64,000 bases of DNA. Source: Malacoraja senta (lineage: Eukaryota). The DNA lies in the NCBI GenBank assembly GCA_038087875.1, contig CM075988.1, positions 18,106,001 to 18,170,000 of the forward strand, in the 5' to 3' direction. The position numbers and the translations under genes were made by a program. Positions within the stretch are counted from its first letter, which is position 1; the number at the start of each line of letters is the position of its first letter. The notes beneath the pieces were generated by a model that was given only the letters and a program-made list of their open reading frames with translations, did not search any database and was not told where the DNA came from. Positions 61,100 through 64,000 of this stretch are shown here, in pieces.

Positions 61100-62310
61100 C
61101 CCTGAGATTGATTAAGGTAGGGTCTCTGTTCTAATTAACTCCACATAGAGAGTCCTAGAGAGCTCCTGTCCCCCAGACCTGGAAGTGAAGTGTCATCTCT
61201 ACTACCTGCTGCACTCTTCGTCCACTCCTGACAGCGGTCCATATCCCACTCCAGGCCAATGCTAAGCTTGTACTTGAGGAACTACACAGTGCTACCGGTA
61301 GCCTTGAACCGAGACATTGTCCATAATGGTCAATGGGGATTTCAATCAGGCCAACCTCAAGAGTGAGTTGGCAAACTACTATCAGTACATCTCCTGCTCA
61401 AACACCCTTGACAACTGCTACACAACCATCAAAGACACCAACCGCTCCATCCCCCCACCGCACCTTGGTAAATCAGACTATGGCCATGCTTCCGCTCTCT
61501 GCTCACAAACAGAAACTGAAGCAGGAGGATCCGGGACAGAAAGTCGTACAGCGCTGGTCTGAGGAAATGGGTGAATCTTCTGCGAGTGTGTTGAGATGAA
61601 TATGTCACACACTTCATCAGCATGTGTGTAGAGGACAGTGTGCCGATTACCGATGAAGAGAATGTGTATCTTCCCCAGATACACCTTGAGGTCCACTCGC
61701 AGTGAAGTCCATGTCTGCAGCATTCAAGTCAAACAATCCCGAGTGGTGCAAGAAATCTATCTGTAACCTTCGCAGCGCCATGAAGGAGGCCAAGAAGGAA
61801 TTCTGGACTAAATTGGCGTCTGGAGGCAATTAAGGCGAGCAGTATCACTGGTAACGATGGATCCATCCCTGATGAACCCCACGCCCCCATTGCCTTGCCG
61901 TTCCAAAGCAGGTGTATCTTCGAACGGCCGCTGTAGATACTTTGGTGAACCGGTTTTCCATCAACGGTTTCAAGCTTCAAATCCGAAGAAATGTCAAGAA
62001 ATTTTCTCGACTATTCTGGCCTCAGACGTGTCGGAGTGAGCTCAGGTCCCAGGTGTGAAATGGCCCTGGGATTCAGACACGGTGCAAGCCCTACCACAAC
62101 TAGGGAGCAGTGCCTCTTTGATGACCTCTTTGATGACCCTCAGACTATCCTTGATCGGACTTTGCACTAAACGCATCATGTCCTCAAGTGATCTGTAACT
62201 TACATTTACAGTGTAAATGTAATCATGCATTGTCTTTCTGCTGACTGGATAACACGCAACAAAAGCTTTTCACTGTACCTCGGTACACATGACAATAAAC
62301 CAAACTGACT
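61100..62310 (+). mobile_element. Decayed, internally deleted Rex1/Babar-like LINE (endonuclease region to 3' tail)
   Basis: GDFNQANLK...TLDNCYTTIKD...PHLGKSD are APE endonuclease motifs. Tail ttcactgtacctcggtacacatgacaataaac. Confidence 0.75.
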
Positions 62311-63264
62311 CCATCTTGGTGTAAATAAAGTAGGTGCTTTTTTAAAAGTCCCAGGGCGGGCAGGAGCACCGAGTGCCATGACCTGCCCCTGGTAGTGTTA
62401 CCCCGCCAGTTGTACCTCCCACTCTATCATCTGCCACTCCATATGGACTGTTACCCATATAGTTGGTGCATCATGTTCAACGATGCACTGTCAAATGGTG
62501 GAGAAGTAGATAACCATGGATACTTTTAACTAGACTGAAGTGTGAAATCCCATTAGGGAGAATCACGTCTTGCTGCATAGACACCCCCCCCCCCCCCAAG
62601 AGGGGGATTTAATCAGCCAGCTATTACAGATACACTCGCTAAACCTAAAACTCTAGTGAAATTATTCAGATCACTTGGAGATTTGTGGCAGAAAAATACC
62701 CTGAAGAAATAATTGACCCTCTTACAAATCCTAAGCATGGAGCATCTTGTGAGAGTCAGTGCTGGACTTTGTAGAAGAATGTTCCCGCTCTCGGGATTAG
62801 CTCAGTATCGTAGGGTTCAGCTCGCTCAAGGTGCCAGGGGAAGGGCCTCAGCTGTTTACATCGGCTCCTCAATTGAAAAATACGTGGTCGGTATTATCTG
62901 GTACAGAGAAGACGTTGGCTCAGAGATCCCAGCCATCCCTGGGCACGCCAGCACATCATTAGTCAAGAGTCAGGAGTGTTTTATTGTTATATGTCCCAGA
63001 CAGAACAATGACGTTCTTACTTGCGGCAGCACAACAGAATAAATAAACATAGTACTCTGTAAACAACATAATAAATGTAAAAAATGTTATATATAGAGAG
63101 AGAGAGAGAGAGAGACATTGAACTTTTTAACAATTATTTTTTGCTTGTGCACACACATGCATACATGCGTATTAAAAATAAGCAAACAATAATAGTGCAA
63201 AAAGACAAACCCAATGCCCCCAGGTCTATGTAGTTCAAAGCTTAATGGAGGTTAGGCCTACAGG

Positions 63265-63855
63265 TCATGTGATAGGAGCAGAATTAGGCCATTCGGCCCA
63301 TCAAGTCTACTCCACCATTCAATCACTGCTGATCTATATCTCTCTCCACAGAAGCTGGCTTTCATAAACATAGAAACATAGAAAATAGGTGCAGGAGTAG
63401 GCCACTCGGTCCTTCAAGGCAGCACCACCATTCAATATGATCATGGCTGATCATCCAAAATCAGAACCCTGTTCTGGCTATTCCCCCATATCCCTTGATT
63501 CCCTTAGCCCTCAGAGCTGAATCTAACTCTAGAATAAATTCTAGGAGTAGAAATAGGCCATTCGGCCCACCAGGTCTACTCGGTCATTCAATCATGGCTA
63601 ATCTATCAGCCGTCTGTGGCAATGAATTCCACAGATTCACCACCCTCTGACTAAAGAAATTCCTCCTCATCCCCTTTCTAAATGTACGTCCTTTTATTCT
63701 GAGGCTATGGCCTCTGGTCCTAGATGCTTCCACTGGTGGAAACATCCTCTCCACATCCACTCTATCCAGGACTTTCACTTTTCGGTAAGATTCAATGAGG
63801 TGCCCACTCATCCTTCTAAACTCCAGCGAGTACAGGCCCAGTGCCTTCAAACGCA
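63265..63855 (-). mobile_element. Cluster of CR1 3' fragments
   Basis: [19 protein letters not shown]...QRVVNLWNSLPQ and three CR1 tails. Confidence 0.85.
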
Positions 63856-64000
63856 GTTTTTTGTTTTTTGTTTTTTGTTTATTTCAGATTTCCAGCACCT
63901 GCATTTTCTAATGTTATGTGAAAGTCAAGGATCAATGATGACTTATTTACTTGTATATTGTGCAGTTTCTGGTAAAACATGCAGCTTGTTCATCTTTGAG

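Overview
Eukaryotic vertebrate DNA, most likely from a cartilaginous fish such as a skate or ray. This is inferred from the dense HE1-type tRNA-derived SINEs and their partner CR1/HER1-like LINEs. The only host protein-coding sequence I can support is the last two coding exons of NKAPD1 (C11orf57) on the + strand, at 1116-1169 and 3596-4106. The remaining ~60 kb is repeat-rich and apparently non-coding. It holds CR1 fragments, Rex1/Babar-like, L2, RTE and L1 LINE pieces, one decayed IR/DR Tc1 transposon, SINEs, micro- and minisatellites, and AT-rich unique islands that resemble enhancers. The most notable signals are: (1) about 19 short Penelope-derived repeats carrying minimal hammerhead-ribozyme cores (CUGANGA...GAAACGUH), many in inverted pairs, one attached to a Penelope ORF end; (2) an unidentified family of 0.6-0.8 kb GC/CpG-rich non-autonomous retroelements; (3) a Tc1 whose inverted repeat extends into duplicated flanking DNA; (4) a minisatellite that arose from a CR1 RPHLE motif; (5) an unexplained decayed reading frame in the last NKAPD1 intron. 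All family assignments are from motif recognition only, with no database search.
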